Source: Nemertoderma westbladi (lineage: Eukaryota; Animalia; Xenacoelomorpha). Taken from it: a stretch of 64,000 nt of DNA. Shown here one piece after another: positions 12,241-25,935 of the stretch (the first letter of the stretch is position 1; each line of letters opens with the position of its first letter). A program made the position numbers and the translations under genes. The notes beneath the pieces were generated by a model. The model was not told the DNA's origin, did not search any database, and saw only the letters and a list, made by a program, of their open reading frames with translations. The stretch lies in assembly GCA_032718475.1 (NCBI GenBank), contig JAUCBJ010007169.1, positions 62,001 to 126,000 on the forward strand, written 5' to 3'.

Positions 12241-14676
12241 CACCATGTCCTGGAATATAGTGTCGTTATTCAGGCATCTCCCCCCCCCTCCCAAATTGTT
12301 CTACAAATCTTAATAATGAGATTGCATGAAATTTGAAACAGAGTTAGTTTTACCTCCCTCCTCTTCCGGGGGTGAGCTAGAATTTTTATTTTTGCTTTCA
12401 TTCTTTAGCTACAAGTATTTGAAAAATGTGTCTCCGGTGATATTTCACAGGTCACAGTGCAATCGTTCTTCAACCTTATAGTGATTTAATGGTACTAATA
12501 AAAAGCTGCCCATGCAAGGATTCCAAATATGTAAAAATATTTGAATCACCTGAGATATGGTCATTCGAATGTTGCATGTATTTGCTTCCCCTGCAGGCCA
12601 TTTATTCTATTTAATTAATGTACCATATTCTAGAACATTTTGTTTATTCCATACGTAGCTGGGCAACAATGCAATACCTCTTTAGTTATACTATAATTCT
12701 ACTTTAATCTAAATATATTTGGTATTACAATATTACAGTTAAAAATTATTACGAGAACAAAAATTATTTAGAGATTTACACAAAAAAAATCATTAACATC
12801 AGTTTCTTTGCGGTCTTGTGGTCTTGGTCTTGGGTCTACGGTGGTGGGGCAACATCTGCATTCGCAATGCACAATGACTATGTCTGCAACTGAATTTGTG
12901 CAGCGAATGGGTCGTCTAGCAGCCGACCGGTATCCACGGAGACACATGAGGGCCGACCGCAACAACGCGAAGTTCAACTTTCGCCGAACCCATGTGATGC
13001 ACTCTGCATACCGCGTTTCTCGCTTCTCCGCCAGGCGTTGCGCCAACCACTTCACCAGATGTATGGCCGAAGGAACCATACCACCAAACGCGGAGAATAT
13101 CAGAGGCGTGAAGGTGGCATGTTCCACCTCCCTCACTCGTTCCTGATACTTTAGGCTCTTCCACGCTTCATGTTAAAGGTGGGCTGACGGTAGGAACATG
13201 GCAGCATTAGTTTCTGCCAGTGGATTGAAGACTGAGACGTCCAGGAACGTCTTCTGGAACCGATTGCCCCAGAATCCGCTCACTGAGACGTCCAATCTCG
13301 CTAGCTGGTACATTGAAGTGCTGCGGTGTTCAAACTGCTCGCCCATTAGCCGTTGGAGGACTGGCTCCACAGCCACATTATGTGACACCTCCGTCAGAGC
13401 ATCAGCGACAAAGTACCGGATCTCGTTGTGCCTGATGGAAGGAAATCCTCCAGTGGAGCACGACAGAACGTGGGTAGGAGAAAATCGCTCCCCCCAGACA
13501 CAACGAGACGGTAGAGACTTTGGCATCCACCCATAACGGAGGCACAGGGCATCCCTGAATTCACCCTTGTCCAGGTGGGTGTCCTGGAGGATGAGTGGCT
13601 TGGTGTTGAGCCAGATAGAAGCGCACTTTTCGGTGGTCAGTCCGTGGAGCCGCCGCTGGGGAGTAGATAACATTCCCACCACTTCCTCTCTCTTTTCCAT
13701 CGACTGGAGCAGCGCCTCTACCTTCAACCTGCCCACCACCTCCTTTTGTTTCTCCCAGACCTGCGCCATTGTATCTGGTGTGGCGCTAATGAATGGCTCA
13801 CTGACCCGAAGCGAGCTGGTATACTGATGTGACAGGTCAGTGGGCACCGGAATGCCGATACCCCCGTCACAGACTGGCAGGGAAAGTAACAGGCGTTCCT
13901 CTTTTGAGATGGCTGGCCGATCGGTCAGACGGCAAAGGAATCGATTTACAGCTTCCTCCAACAGGGTGAGATGGGCTGGTGCAGTGGATACAACATGGGT
14001 GATGAACCGCCACCGACAGGCAAGGCCAAACGCGAGGCCCGCATACGCACCGTGGTGGTCCTCTGCTGCCACCCCCAAGAGACGATCCACTTCCATGGCG
14101 AACTCCTGGGCCTTCTCTTCTAGGAACGTGGTGCGATACTCCTCAGTGCCAACAGCCCAGCCGTGTAGCTCATGGCCTGTCGTGTTGATGGCGACACCAT
14201 TGTTGGCGAAAAGAATCTCAGCCTCTTTCAGCATTGCTGGTTTCACTGTTTCACTGTTTTATACCTCTTTAGTTATACTATTACGTAGCTATTCATAAAT
14301 ATACAAAATGTTCTAGAATATGGATTTTTATTTAGTAGAATAATGCAGATGCAAAACCATGCAACTTTTGAACGCTCATATCTCAGCTATTTCCCAACCA
14401 AATTCAGATTATGTTACATATTTGGAATCCTTACATCACTATAAGGTTGAAGAATAACTGGAGTGTAACTGGTGAAATATCACCAGAGACACCTTTTCTA
14501 AACGCTTGTAGCTAAAGATTTAAAGCAAAAATAAAAATTCTGGCTCACCCACGGAGGAGGAGGGAGGTGAAACTATCTCTGTTCCAAATTTCATGCAATC
14601 TCATCACGATTTGTAGAAAAATTTGGGGGGGGGGGGGAGGTACCTGAATAACGACACTATATTCCAGGACATGGTG
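12241..14676. mobile_element. TA-flanked foldback MITE (Tc1/mariner-like, CACCATG termini), about 850 bp without its central insert
   Basis: TA|caccatgtcctggaatatagtgtcgttattcagg at 12239 and its reverse complement ending at 14676|TA; imperfect inverted arms of about 400 bp. Confidence 0.9.
12695..14260 (-). mobile_element. 5'-truncated CRE-clade (restriction-like endonuclease) non-LTR retrotransposon
   Basis: ORFs 13173-14246 and 12768-13136 contain EFRDALCLRYG, a degenerate CCHC knuckle, IRHNEIR, RLDV...FLDV and FTPLIFSAFGGM...RRKLNFALLRS. GC-rich relative to flanks. 21-bp TSD atacctctttagttatactat at 12674-12694 and 14261-14281. Confidence 0.85.
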
Positions 14677-16959
14677 TACTTCGTCATGTTAAGGAATATA
14701 ATTCGACACGTGTAAAATAATATTTGTACTTCAAGGAATTATTTCAAAATAATTATTTAGTGTTAATCGAATAATTAAAGCGTTGTAGTTTTAAAAGCCA
14801 ACCATGAAACTATCTAAATTATGTTATATTATCATTATAATACGATTGGAAGAAAGTAAACTTAGTTTCATGTACGTGGTAATAATATCCTTTGATAAAG
14901 GTAATAATATTTAGTATTAAATAAATAATTAAGTTAAATAATTGGTATTAAATAATTACTTAAATATTATTAATTTTAACAGCCACCCATGAAAAATTAT
15001 ATTTGTTATTTTTTACATTACGAGACTAACTAAGCTCAATAAAGTTGTTTTCATGCACGTTTTTTGGTTTTCATACCTTTGCCAAAAAGCCAGTTAAGCC
15101 CCACTGTGAATATATAAGGGCATATTTTTCGAATCGATAACAAATGGGAATTAATTAGGTTATTTTCAGTCAACATATCAGGCAGGTGTTTTAGATTACA
15201 TACTTGAAACAAAATCAATCATTGTGACTCTAGATGTCAACCTCTGACATGGTTTCGATTGTTTATTTACCATGTGGAACATGTGATCCATCTCATATAC
15301 TACCGGTACTCTGTTATGATGCATTAGGACTTTAGATCTGTTTCATCCAAATACTACGACATAAGAGGCATAACCTGATGAACAAACATAAATGATGAAC
15401 AAACATTATTGTAGCCAATGGTAGGCCGTGTATATTAATTACTTTTCAGTATTTCTAAGTGGCATCATTATGAAAATATTTCCAAATAGACCTGATATTT
15501 TGAACCTTAGAAGTTTGGCAAATAATTAATTCCATCTTGAATTTCACAAGTAAGTAAAGGCTTTCTGTGGCAGGGTTTTTGTGGCAGGACAGAGTATAGT
15601 ACTGACCTCCCGACCCCCCCCCCCCCCCCCCCCCACCCCCAGGGGGCCTGGGCAGCGATATGTTTTAAAAACTTCAATATGGAATGGAACATTGTTAACT
15701 TCATATAAAATACACGCGGAAGGAACCTGATAAATACGAAAAAAACAACGAAATTGACGGTCCAACAATAAATCAATGTAGTAAAGGATTGTTAAACAGA
15801 CTCGATTGGATTGAGATAGAAGTTGTAACAAGTGCAGTAGTCAAGGTTCCATTTCATGCTGAATCCAATTATGTAAACCGTTTTCCCTTATCTGCTTAGT
15901 TTTCGTGATACCTGGATTAGAAGATACTGGCTCTGATATTTCGCGAAATTGGTTAATGCGATGAAATTTGGGGTTTACATTTTACATTCAATTTTGCAAC
16001 TTTGTGTGCTCAGTGGTGCCAATTGTATGTCTCCACAAGGTGTAATATTATGGTTTTGTTCAGAAGTTAAAAAAAAATGAGAAAACCGGGGGTTGAACCA
16101 CAAGAAAGAGCGCAACATTTTAATTGACAAGGTATTTTTTTGTGATTACTGGACCTACTGGTCAAGACAACTTCAAGTCTCCGGAACAATGACGGGACTC
16201 GATTAAGCGACCAGGTTTAAGTTTCAGGGTCATTCGTAAGCTCTTTTCTCTGAGAACGAAGTTACCATTTGGTTTGGCAAACACTTGAAAGCTGCTTGAG
16301 CAATCATAACTCGAACAAAATTTGCCAGTCATATTTTACTCAAATTCATGTTATGTTGAATCACAACCATTTTATCTTAAATCATATGGTAATTTTATTA
16401 TATATGATAGTTCAGTTACATGATCGCCGGGGATGCAATATTTTAGTTGTAGGTTTGAAACTCACATGGGTGCATTCAACCTAATCCCCTGGGGTCGCTA
16501 AAATTTGGGTTTGAGCAAAACTTGGGATATAATTAGCACCGACCCGACCCCTACCTTTGGGTAGCAGTTATGGGAAGATGAGCTTTCGGGTTGCCTCCGC
16601 CTTCAGCCTACTCTTTGTTTGCTTGCATACATTGGAGGAAACATTTATAGGCCCGTGCCATTGCACTCATTTATTACATGGACTGACATAAATACTAACC
16701 CAAGGATTACAAAATTTACATTTAATCTACATACCACTCAATTAAGTTCTGGATAGGGATGAAAGTATTTTAGTTAGAGTGGTGCTCATTCAAAGTAAAA
16801 TGTTTTTCAATTATTCAGATCCTATATTCAGGCCACTTGGTTGACGATTTTGTCAACCATGACGAAAATTTTATAGTCATGGCAATATATTCAAGCTAAA
16901 CTTTTATTTAACATTGATGATGTTAAATATATAAATAATTAAAATAATCAGAGCATCAA

Positions 16960-17250
16960 TGAGAGAGAGAGGATTCTCATGCGTACTGGGCGGAGTGAGG
17001 AGGAAACTGCAGTTTGCCCTGCTACGGGCTAGTTCTTTGTATCTGCGGGGCGGGCGACAGCCTTGGCGTGGACTACGGATTACAGATCGTGCTGGCCTCA
17101 GGAACATCCGCCAGGATCAGTACTAAACTACCGCCCCACAACCCCCCGCCCCATCCAATCAGCCCATTCCCCCAAAACAAAATTTTAGGTACACACACCA
17201 AATTTTACCATAATTTACCAATGCTTTTTTAACATTATTTTTAACATTAT
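16960..17250 (+). mobile_element. 3' end of a second CRE-like retrotransposon family
   Basis: From 16995 the sequence translates VRRKLQFALLRASSLYLRGGR, homologous to WVRRKLNFALLRSALMCLRGYR of the 12.7-14.3 kb element. Confidence 0.7.
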
Positions 17251-17819
17251 AATAATATATGCAAGGCTTTTTATCATACATTATGTACAAAAATTGAATG
17301 TACAGTATTTTTGTAATTACCGTTTTAATTTAATATTCTGTAATTTGGCACTATTAATAAAATTAAATTATATTAAATATTTCAGAAGGTATCACATCAT
17401 TATAGTGCAGTGTGATTTTAGTAATTTTGAATGTATGCCATGTATAATAGTAAAAGACAATTTATGTATACTAATATATCTTTTAATGAGCTTTTGGCCT
17501 TTAATACTCATTGAAATACTGTATTATTATTATTATTGATTGATTATTATTAACTTAACTAGCTAATCACATATTTAATAAAAATCCCTAGCTTTACAAC
17601 ATAAATTATATCGGTACAGTACCCCTACGTACCCCTACGTACTACTACTGAACTGACACCGGTACACTATAGCACTCACTAACTATTACTACTCTACATG
17701 GTATGTTATAAATTAATCGCACCAAATATTGTAATTATATTGTATTATTTGCACCATTATACTGTAGGTTTAATGAAACCGAACCCTGTAACAGTATGGC
17801 GTGTAGTGCTGTAGGTTCG

Positions 17820-18380
17820 TAAGATTACTCACCAGACAGTTTCAAACGAATCGGAATACTGTGTGTGTATTAATAGTAGGTCGTATTTCTCTTATATGTG
17901 ATTTTTCTCGTCATTTCCTGTCTACCCAGTCTTTACAGTGATCTGAGTTCTATGGTGAATGGCTTGTCTCTACTATTTAGACAGAGGTCTGCGTGAAATT
18001 TGCGGGATTTGCGGTGTCTGGAAATGCGTGTGCGTGCCTGCAAGTGGAGACCTGCGGACTATCGATTGGAACTTCCTTTTGATGTCTTGGTTTATAAACG
18101 GGACGATATGGGTGATGGTCCTGGTGGGCTTCTAGTGGCTGGATGGTTATCCGTCTTATCTGATTGGGTAACTACTGTATGGATGAGTCTATCTACCGTG
18201 TGTGGGGGATAATCGTTATTAAGTAGGACCTGCCGCACCTTCTCTACGCCTCGATCCCTTCCGGCTGTAGTCGAGCCATACCGAAAAATTGCTCTCCTTA
18301 CGGTTTGACGGGCTGTGTTGTTAATGCCCATGTGATGCTCAGTTGATGTTGCATTCTGTATTTTTGCATGCAAGTACAGG
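17820..18380 (-). mobile_element. Penelope-like element remnant (post-RT linker and decayed endonuclease region)
   Basis: TVRRAIFRYGS...EKVRQVLLNNDYPPHTVDRLI resembles the RA...L..NGYP...I motif that follows PLE RT domains. Confidence 0.55.
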
Positions 18381-19949
18381 GATGTATTTCCAAATCTTTA
18401 CTTTCAAAAAAAAATTTTCAAAAACTTCAAAATTGTTTTGCATATATTAGGCAGTATTGTACATAAGACCTTTTTTGTTTATGTCTATGCGATTTTTACT
18501 GTACATATAGGACTATTTTACTCCAGGATAACAGGCAGTATTGTTCATAATATGATCTCAGAACCTTATAGGTAAGTTAAGTTAGGTCTCATAGGACCTC
18601 TGTATGAGTATAACTCTGATTCTAAGAAAATCTCACATAGGACCTTTTTATGCTCAGCCCTTCACTTAATTTCTCACTTTGTGCCAGCTTGCGGTGTAAC
18701 TAGAAAGTCCGTATTTCTAGTATATATATATATATCAGACCATGTCACAAGGTTATTCCGCCGGTCAGCTATGTAGGCCTATCACAGTTCGCCAACAGAA
18801 TTAAAAAACCTCAATTATGCTGTATCATTCAATTCATCATTCGAATAACTGGGAGTTTGTAACTGTTATTAATTATAATATTGCTATTAGTCAGTTTGTT
18901 ATGGTCAGTGCCAATCACAAAATCAAGAGCGTATGCTACATATTATATATTATGATTTTATTTCATTCTAATTATGGTATACTGGGTTAACGTACAAATT
19001 TGAAAAAGCTGTTCCAATCAGTCTATTCGATTTGATTGCCCATCAATGCGTGATATTGATTTATTGATTGACTATACCAAGTTAATAAATAAAAAGTAAG
19101 TGGTTGCCGGATTAGGCAGCCCATACTAATAAATATGCGTTTTCATAACAATTGAAAATGCAACAGATGTCTGTATAGGTAATATATGGAGCTCACCGTA
19201 GATTAAGCTCATATCTGGATATTAATTTGAATATGAATAGGTTTAATTTGAATATACATATTTGAAGCGTACCGATGTACATCTGCAGCATGTTGATGGA
19301 ATAATAATTAACCATAGACCTATCAACAATCATTTTTAATATATGTCCGGTGCCTCTAAACACATTGAACCGGACCACTATTGAATGAAATGATCGAGAG
19401 TTTATTTATCCTCCTATTGCGATTATATTACAAAGGAGTAGGATGAAAGTCTATAACTTTATTGTTTCTATTTTACAGGGCTGTGCGTTGTGAACACAAC
19501 GGTGTAGAATGTTGAAACTTCCTTATTCTCCATATATTTATTATTGTCAAGAATATTAAGATGGTTTAATCTACATACAATATACAGGGACGGGATAGCT
19601 TTAAGAGCAAGTTATTTTTTAACCATTGTATATTGTGTATCATGTTGTGCCATATACAAAAAGAATGAGTGTTTTCATAGGCAGTTTACAGTTGTTGTAT
19701 ATGTCATGTCATTAACTATTTAATACATGTTTATTACTGGCTGAAACTACCATTCTGATCTAATTTCCATTCCATTGTTTAGCTTTTGATAAAGCGGAAA
19801 TAAGATAGAATTTGACAAACACAACTGCATTGGTTTTAAGGTTAAGAAATCAAAACAGTTAATAAAAGTTCAAACTAAATTATATTGCAAATAAACGCAG
19901 TCTCTACACATATAAGAAATGATTCTAATGATTTATAGCGGTATTGGTG

Positions 19950-20180
19950 ACAATATCGATACTTGAAAAATATCGCGAGTAAAAATACGATGAGTAAAAA
20001 TATCGAGAATAAAAATATCGAGAATAAAACTATCGCGAGTAAAGATATTGAATGTTGAGAAATATCACGATTAAAAAATATCGCTAGTAAAAATATCGCG
20101 AGTAAAAATATCGAGTGTTTAAAAATATCGAGATTAAAAATATCGCGAGTAAAAATCGCGTGAGTAAAAATTTCGCAGAT
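19950..20180. repeat. 15-bp degenerate tandem repeat (aaaaatatcgcgagt)
   Basis: About a dozen visible copies; probably the internal array of a non-autonomous transposon. Confidence 0.85.
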
Positions 20181-20804
20181 AATAACTATTGTAGTGTGTG
20201 TAAAGTAGCGCTTTACAGTGTGATGTTCCGAGTGGCTTTGTTACACGAACGAACGTTAGTGAGTGAGTGAAATAAAGCCACGAGGATCAGAACACTGTAA
20301 AGTACTTTACAACAAGTATGTATGTAGTTTTCAAAGTTTAGCCTAGCCCATTCTGCCGTATGTATATGCCAGTATGTAGAGACAGCTGGACAGGTACCAG
20401 GCACTAGTAACCTACCCAATATTAGACCGGAACCGAACTGCTACGAGTACCGTACAGCCGTAGTTCTGTAGTTGTCAGTTGGGATACCGCCTACCTGCCT
20501 ACTGGTGGTAGAGATGTGAGCTATAACCTTAATGACTGCACAGCAGTACAATACAGCAGTAACTACAGTCCCTAATACAACAGCAGTATTGCTGCGGCTG
20601 CCCGCAAATTTACATATGAAAAAAGATATGTAAAATTTCTTAAAATTTCAAAATTGTTAATGCAAAATTAATAATTTTCACCCCTCATTCTATTTCCGAT
20701 TCAGATTGGGTACAGATTTGGTATAATTCTCGAGATTGGGTTCAGATATGACTTAAGTACTATCCCGAGAAATAAGTTGTCACAAGTAATTGAACTATTG
20801 ATTT

Positions 20805-21356
20805 CGTGCTGGCCTCAAATTGTGCACACAGCACCGAAAAATATAAGTTGAAACGCCTGGTGCAACTCGTACATATTCCATCGAAACTAGAACCCCAAAA
20901 AACCCCTATTGTATAAAAAACAGGTTCAAACAATCAATTTACAAAATTGCATATTTCAAAATTGGGTGCTACCACCAAAATTTGGTACCCGTCGAAAATA
21001 ACAAGTTTGAAATTTCTAAATTAATTTATATGAATTCCATCTAATTGCAAACACCAAAAAACCGGTGTAAATCAAAACTAGAGATGTTACAAATCATATT
21101 TCATGAAATGTAATTTTCAAAAAACGTCTGAAAAAAGTGCCAAAAGTAGGGTTACAAAATGGTGCCATAGCTCGAGAATTTCCCAACATTTTTGAAAACC
21201 GTTTTCACTAAATTAGGAAGAGAATATATTTTTAGGAAAATTCATAAAATTTCAGATTCCCTACTGCGTTTGTTTCAGAGATAACAAAAAAACCACGGGG
21301 GGGGGGGGGGTCATATTGACTCCCACCACCCCCACCCCCCGGGTTTAATAGGGTTA
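20805..21356 (+). mobile_element. Right half of the piggyBac-like non-autonomous element
   Basis: Collinear with about 10195-10738; ends cccgggtttaatagggTTAA. Confidence 0.88.
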
Positions 21357-22049
21357 AGTTGACAACATTGTAGAAAAAAATTCCCGATGTTTGCGATGTT
21401 AGCGAAATTCGCTAAGAATCCGTCAGTATCCGTGCCCTAATGATGATAATGCTGATTGCAATCTGATATTTTGCAGAGACTTTGAAATTGTCCATGGCTG
21501 ATGCGGGTCACAGATAATAATTATATACTTTCCTTATCTAAGAGAATAACAACTGGGGTACCGTACTTACTAATAGCTGAATCTCAATCTACCATTGAAT
21601 ATTTGTAGTAAATTTACTATAATGAAATCTTATCAAGTAACCTATTCCAATGTTATTGCAGTGGAAAACATCAATAGGAAAGGTTCATAAAGATTAAATC
21701 TATAATAAATTATCGCGTATTGTTTTCTATGGTGATTAATTTTGAATCGATGTAGGGCTATTCCTCCCTGTTTTCTCTCTTCTTAATGATTCCCTCATCG
21801 ATCCATAGATCATTGATCCTTTATTCGATTGAATATGATAATTCTGTCAGCCATCATCCATCGTTTGCAGCTGCAATGTGGGCGCCTTGGTTTGGTGGGA
21901 CAGGTTCGAGCAAAGGTTGTGGACTGGGATTAAGGATTCGTGAAATGTTCTCTCAATCCAAGATAGTGTGTTGTGACATTTACTCTGGAGATATGTCATT
22001 GTATGTATCTTCATGAGCGAACTATCCAATTTCCACAAGGGTAATTGCG

Positions 22050-22340
22050 ACCTGGACAAATGCCAGCCAATGTCAATTTTCCCCGGACAATTGCTCCCAG
22101 ACCAAATTTCCCCTCGGACAATTTCCATGCGAGGTCAATTGCCCGTGGACAATTGCCTCCCGGATATTTACCCCATGGACAATTACCTCGCGGAAAATTC
22201 CCCCCCCCCCGGACAAATGCCACGAAGACAAATGCCCCCCATTTACCGAGACAATTGCACCCAGACAATTATCCCCGAGACAATTGCACCCAGACAATTA
22301 TCCCCGAGACAATTGCACCCAGACAATTATCCCTGGATAA
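22050..22340. repeat. Array of ggacaattgccccc-like 14-15-bp motifs (29-bp dimers at its end)
   Basis: Repeated gacaattgcacccagacaattatccccga; the same motifs occur inverted at 25985-26045. Confidence 0.8.
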
Positions 22341-22779
22341 ATGATATCAATATGATATTGAGTATGTTAGGTTATTACTGTGTCCTATAATTTTCTGGAA
22401 TTCAAGTTCTAATTTAAACCTTGATCACCACACATTTTTTTTAGAACAATTGGATTGCCCTTATGATATCTAAAGCTCTTTTATGACATAATTTAATGCC
22501 TTGAGTACGTTAACATTTTATTTTTATTGTAATGAAATATTTTTGTAATTTATATTTGTACTTTAAAAAATTATTCAGCATATAAATAAGCAATAAGACA
22601 TTTTTTAATTAAATTTAACGGGCTTACCATTTGTTTTATTGTTGTAACAAGAGCTTTGTTTGTTATTGCTAACTAGGACCTGGGAGAAAAAACCAACCAA
22701 CCACCGTTACAACCAACTACACGGTTAAGTAAGGCAGAATCATCAGTTGGTTGGAAGGCCCACTTTTCTGTAAAGCTAC

Positions 22780-24590
22780 TCAATAATCGTCTGGTAATAA
22801 AAGTCGCTCTGGCAATTGAATATAACATCGACATCATCCTCATCCAAGAACATCGGATTTGTCATGAAACACTGCCTTGAAGTATAATGACATTGGAAAT
22901 GGATGGACGTTAGTAACAAGCTCAGCAGTAAGAAACTCGGCCAATGCATCAATTGTTAGAGTAGGATTTCTGATAAATTCCAGGGTTATGATCGCAACAT
23001 TTGATGGGAATCCCAAGACAACAGTAATATGTTGCTACAGTCCAACCAATGCCTCAGAGCCAGAACAAGCAGTCAAGTTTTATGAAGATCTGACTGGACT
23101 TATAAAGGAGATTCCGAAACACAATGTTGAAGTCATTGCTGGTGATCTGAATGCGCATATTCGCCCAGAAGACATCAAGGGTTACACCTATAACGCCAGT
23201 TCTAACATAAATGGGTACTTACTTTTAGACCTAATGGAAGAATGTGAATTGATACTAACAAACAACACATTCGAAAAGAGTAAGGGGAAGCTATAGACCT
23301 TTCAATACCTAATGGAACCAAAGCACAACTGGATTGTAAGAAAGAAGATCTTAAGATAGCCTACAAAGTAAAAACCGAACAACCAACAACCGAAAACATT
23401 AACAAGGTTGAGAAAGATAAGGACGATCTTAAATTGGCCTACAACATCAGCCAGGAAAAGTACATACAGGATAAAATTGAAGCAATTACAACTGCTCACA
23501 TACAGCAACAGTCAAGACTTACCTGGCAAACTGTAAATGAGGTATCTGGTCGGAAAAGCTGTGCAAAGTGGCGCCTCAAAGCCGATAGTCCTGAAGAACG
23601 TGTTGGGAAGTGGAAAAATCACTTCAGCAACTTTCTTGGACAGCCACCAAACGACACTACCTATAGAAACAGATGACTTCAGACCTTCCGAACTCCAAAG
23701 AAGCATTAAAAGCATGTCCAATATTAAAGCGAGTGGATTAGATGAAATCCTAGTGGAGGTATGGAAAACTGGAGTGCTAAACAGACCATTATTGAATGTT
23801 TGCAACCGGATGTTAAAAGGGGAAAAGCCATCACCAATTTGGACTAAAGGTCAACTAAGGCCTCTCCCCAAGAAAGGAGACCTCGGTATTTCAACAAACT
23901 ATCGTGAGATCTGTCTGCTTGTGGTAGCTGCCAAAATATACAATAAAATGATTCTATATAGGATTAGGCCTCACATAGAGAAACTACTGCATAAGAGCCA
24001 AAACTGATTTCGACCAAATAGATCAACAATTGCTCAGATACTTGCTCTATGGAGACTGATTGAAGGGATTAAGTCAAAGAATTTCCCTGCAGTCATCATG
24101 AATTTTGAGGACTTCAAGAAGGCCTTCGACTCCATCCATAGAGGTAAAATGCTTAAAATCTTAAGAGATTATTCAATACCAGAGTAATTGTTGCTGGCAT
24201 TGGATTGTTATATTGTGACATAGAAGCATAGGTACTCTCATCAGATGAAAACCGTCATCAGTGAAACTGAGTTTTTCTCAATCTTGGCTGGCGTACTGCA
24301 AGGTGACACAATAGCACCATTATTTGTAATTGTACTGGATTATGCAATGAGGACGGGCACAAAGGACACTTCAAGAATGCAGAAGTAGTAGATATCCGGC
24401 AAATACAGTCACAGACACCGACTTTGCGGATGACATCGCCCTGCTCTCTAATACGCTAGCATATGCACAGCTACTACTAAATAAAGTGGAGAGGGCTGCG
24501 AAGGAGGTTGGATTGCATATAAATGCTACCAAGACCCAATTCATGACCTTTAATGTTGATGGAAACTTGACAACCATTGATAATAATCTA
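22780..24590 (+). mobile_element. Decayed RTE LINE (family A): AP-endonuclease plus RT N-terminal half
   Basis: APE motifs IQEH, CYSPTN, IAGDLNAHI; RT motifs KASGLDEI, PLPKKGDL...NYR, DFKKAFDSI, DFADD. Near-identical to the 11.1-12.2 kb copy where they overlap. Stops and frameshifts present. Confidence 0.9.
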
Positions 24591-24719
24591 ATGACATTAT
24601 AGAAGTAAGTGTCTGAGTCTATACTGCTTGATATTCCCATATTCGATATTCCCTTTGCTGAAGGTAGGCGGCTGCAAAGAGTATTAAGGCCAATCGTGCC
24701 AGTGGAGTAGATGGTGGAG

Positions 24720-25935
24720 TAGATGGTGTCCACCGTTATGTCTTCAAACTAACTACCAGAGTGTTTGGATTTTATTTACTCCATCTTAGTAGTAGACATG
24801 TACAGAACAACAATAATCCTACAAGAAATGAAGACAAATAAGTGGGTGCCAGTTCCCTAGATGGGTAATCTAACACCCCATGGATATTTTCGAGCAATAT
24901 CCTTGATTTCGTTTGCTGCATAGCTATACTATATAATTATATTAAATCGAAACAGGGATCCCATCAAGAGAATGCTACGTGGTAATCAGAATGGGTACCT
25001 TAGAGGTCGTTGGAACATGGAGTCCATTTTGGCACTTAGAAGGATAATTAAAGAGTTATAAAAAAAAAATGACAGACATCAAGCTGTTATCTTGTTGTCT
25101 GCTTCAAGGCCTTTGGTAAGTCTCTCAATCACATGTTCAGCAAACTTTCATTATATGGGATTACTGATGAAATTATTGCAGCCATCAGATCAGTATATGA
25201 TTGTTCAATAACAAAGTCTAGTCCTACTGTTGATGCGGTAACAAAGATCCATTCGTAGTGTTATGGGGAGTCCACCAGGGAGACACACTTGCACCATTTT
25301 TATTTAAAATTGTGGTTGACTATCTCCTACGCATAACCTTAGATCATCATAATGATGGGTTGATGGTAATTTCACCTATTGGCTCCAGAAGTCGAGGAAA
25401 TCCTGCCAAGTATCTAACTGATCTAAACTTTGGTGATGACTTAGGAGTACACTCAGAATCACTAGAGGGAGCCCAAGGGCTCCTCAGCTCATAACAACAG
25501 GCTGCTTCTAAGTGTTGGTCTTTTTGTTAACTCCAAATTTTGACAGTTAAATTTGAAAGCCCTCAGGAAATGTCTGATCATATGAGCATAAGCTCAAAGG
25601 ATGGTATACTTGAGCATGTGAACGACTTCTGTTACCTGTGATCATGATTGATCCGGAATCAGGTGCTGATGAGCTTCGAATACGCAAGGGAAAGGCTGTG
25701 TACAGCATTGATTGTGCTTTCCAGGATTTGGAAGTCACACAGAATACATCGAAAACAAATCTATGGTTGGCACATTCACGAGAATGCTACACCGGGTTCA
25801 CTGTGTTAAGTACAATGCAAACATCTCCAACCAGACACTATATAGCATTGGAGGTGTCTCATTGGTTCCCCCAAGCTTGACACTAAAACAAAGCCGCCTC
25901 CACTATGCAGAACATTTTCGGCGTGAGGACCAGCC
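24720..25935 (+). mobile_element. Decayed RTE LINE (family B) RT fragment
   Basis: GVHQGDTLAPFLF, LTDLNFGDDL, RGNQNG; many disruptions. Confidence 0.85.

Larger units (their letters stand above)
8772..15108. mobile_element. Old long-TIR (foldback) non-autonomous DNA transposon with CACAGTG termini, hosting nested insertions
   Basis: 8772 cacagtgcggcttttggcaaa versus the reverse complement of 15108. Segments 9100-9180 plus 10739-10850 are the reverse complement of about 14680-14870 once the piggyBac-like insert is removed. Confidence 0.7.

Noticed and set aside
13198-14298. Plus-strand ORFs overlapping the CRE element
   Set aside because: Antisense shadows of a GC-rich coding strand.
16570-16612. 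Minus-strand CTGAAGG...GAAAGCTC hammerhead-like motif
   Set aside because: Core mismatch and no convincing stem I; at best a relic.
21847-22390. Overlapping Pro/Gly/Cys-rich ORFs
   Set aside because: Translations of the ggacaattgccc repeat array.
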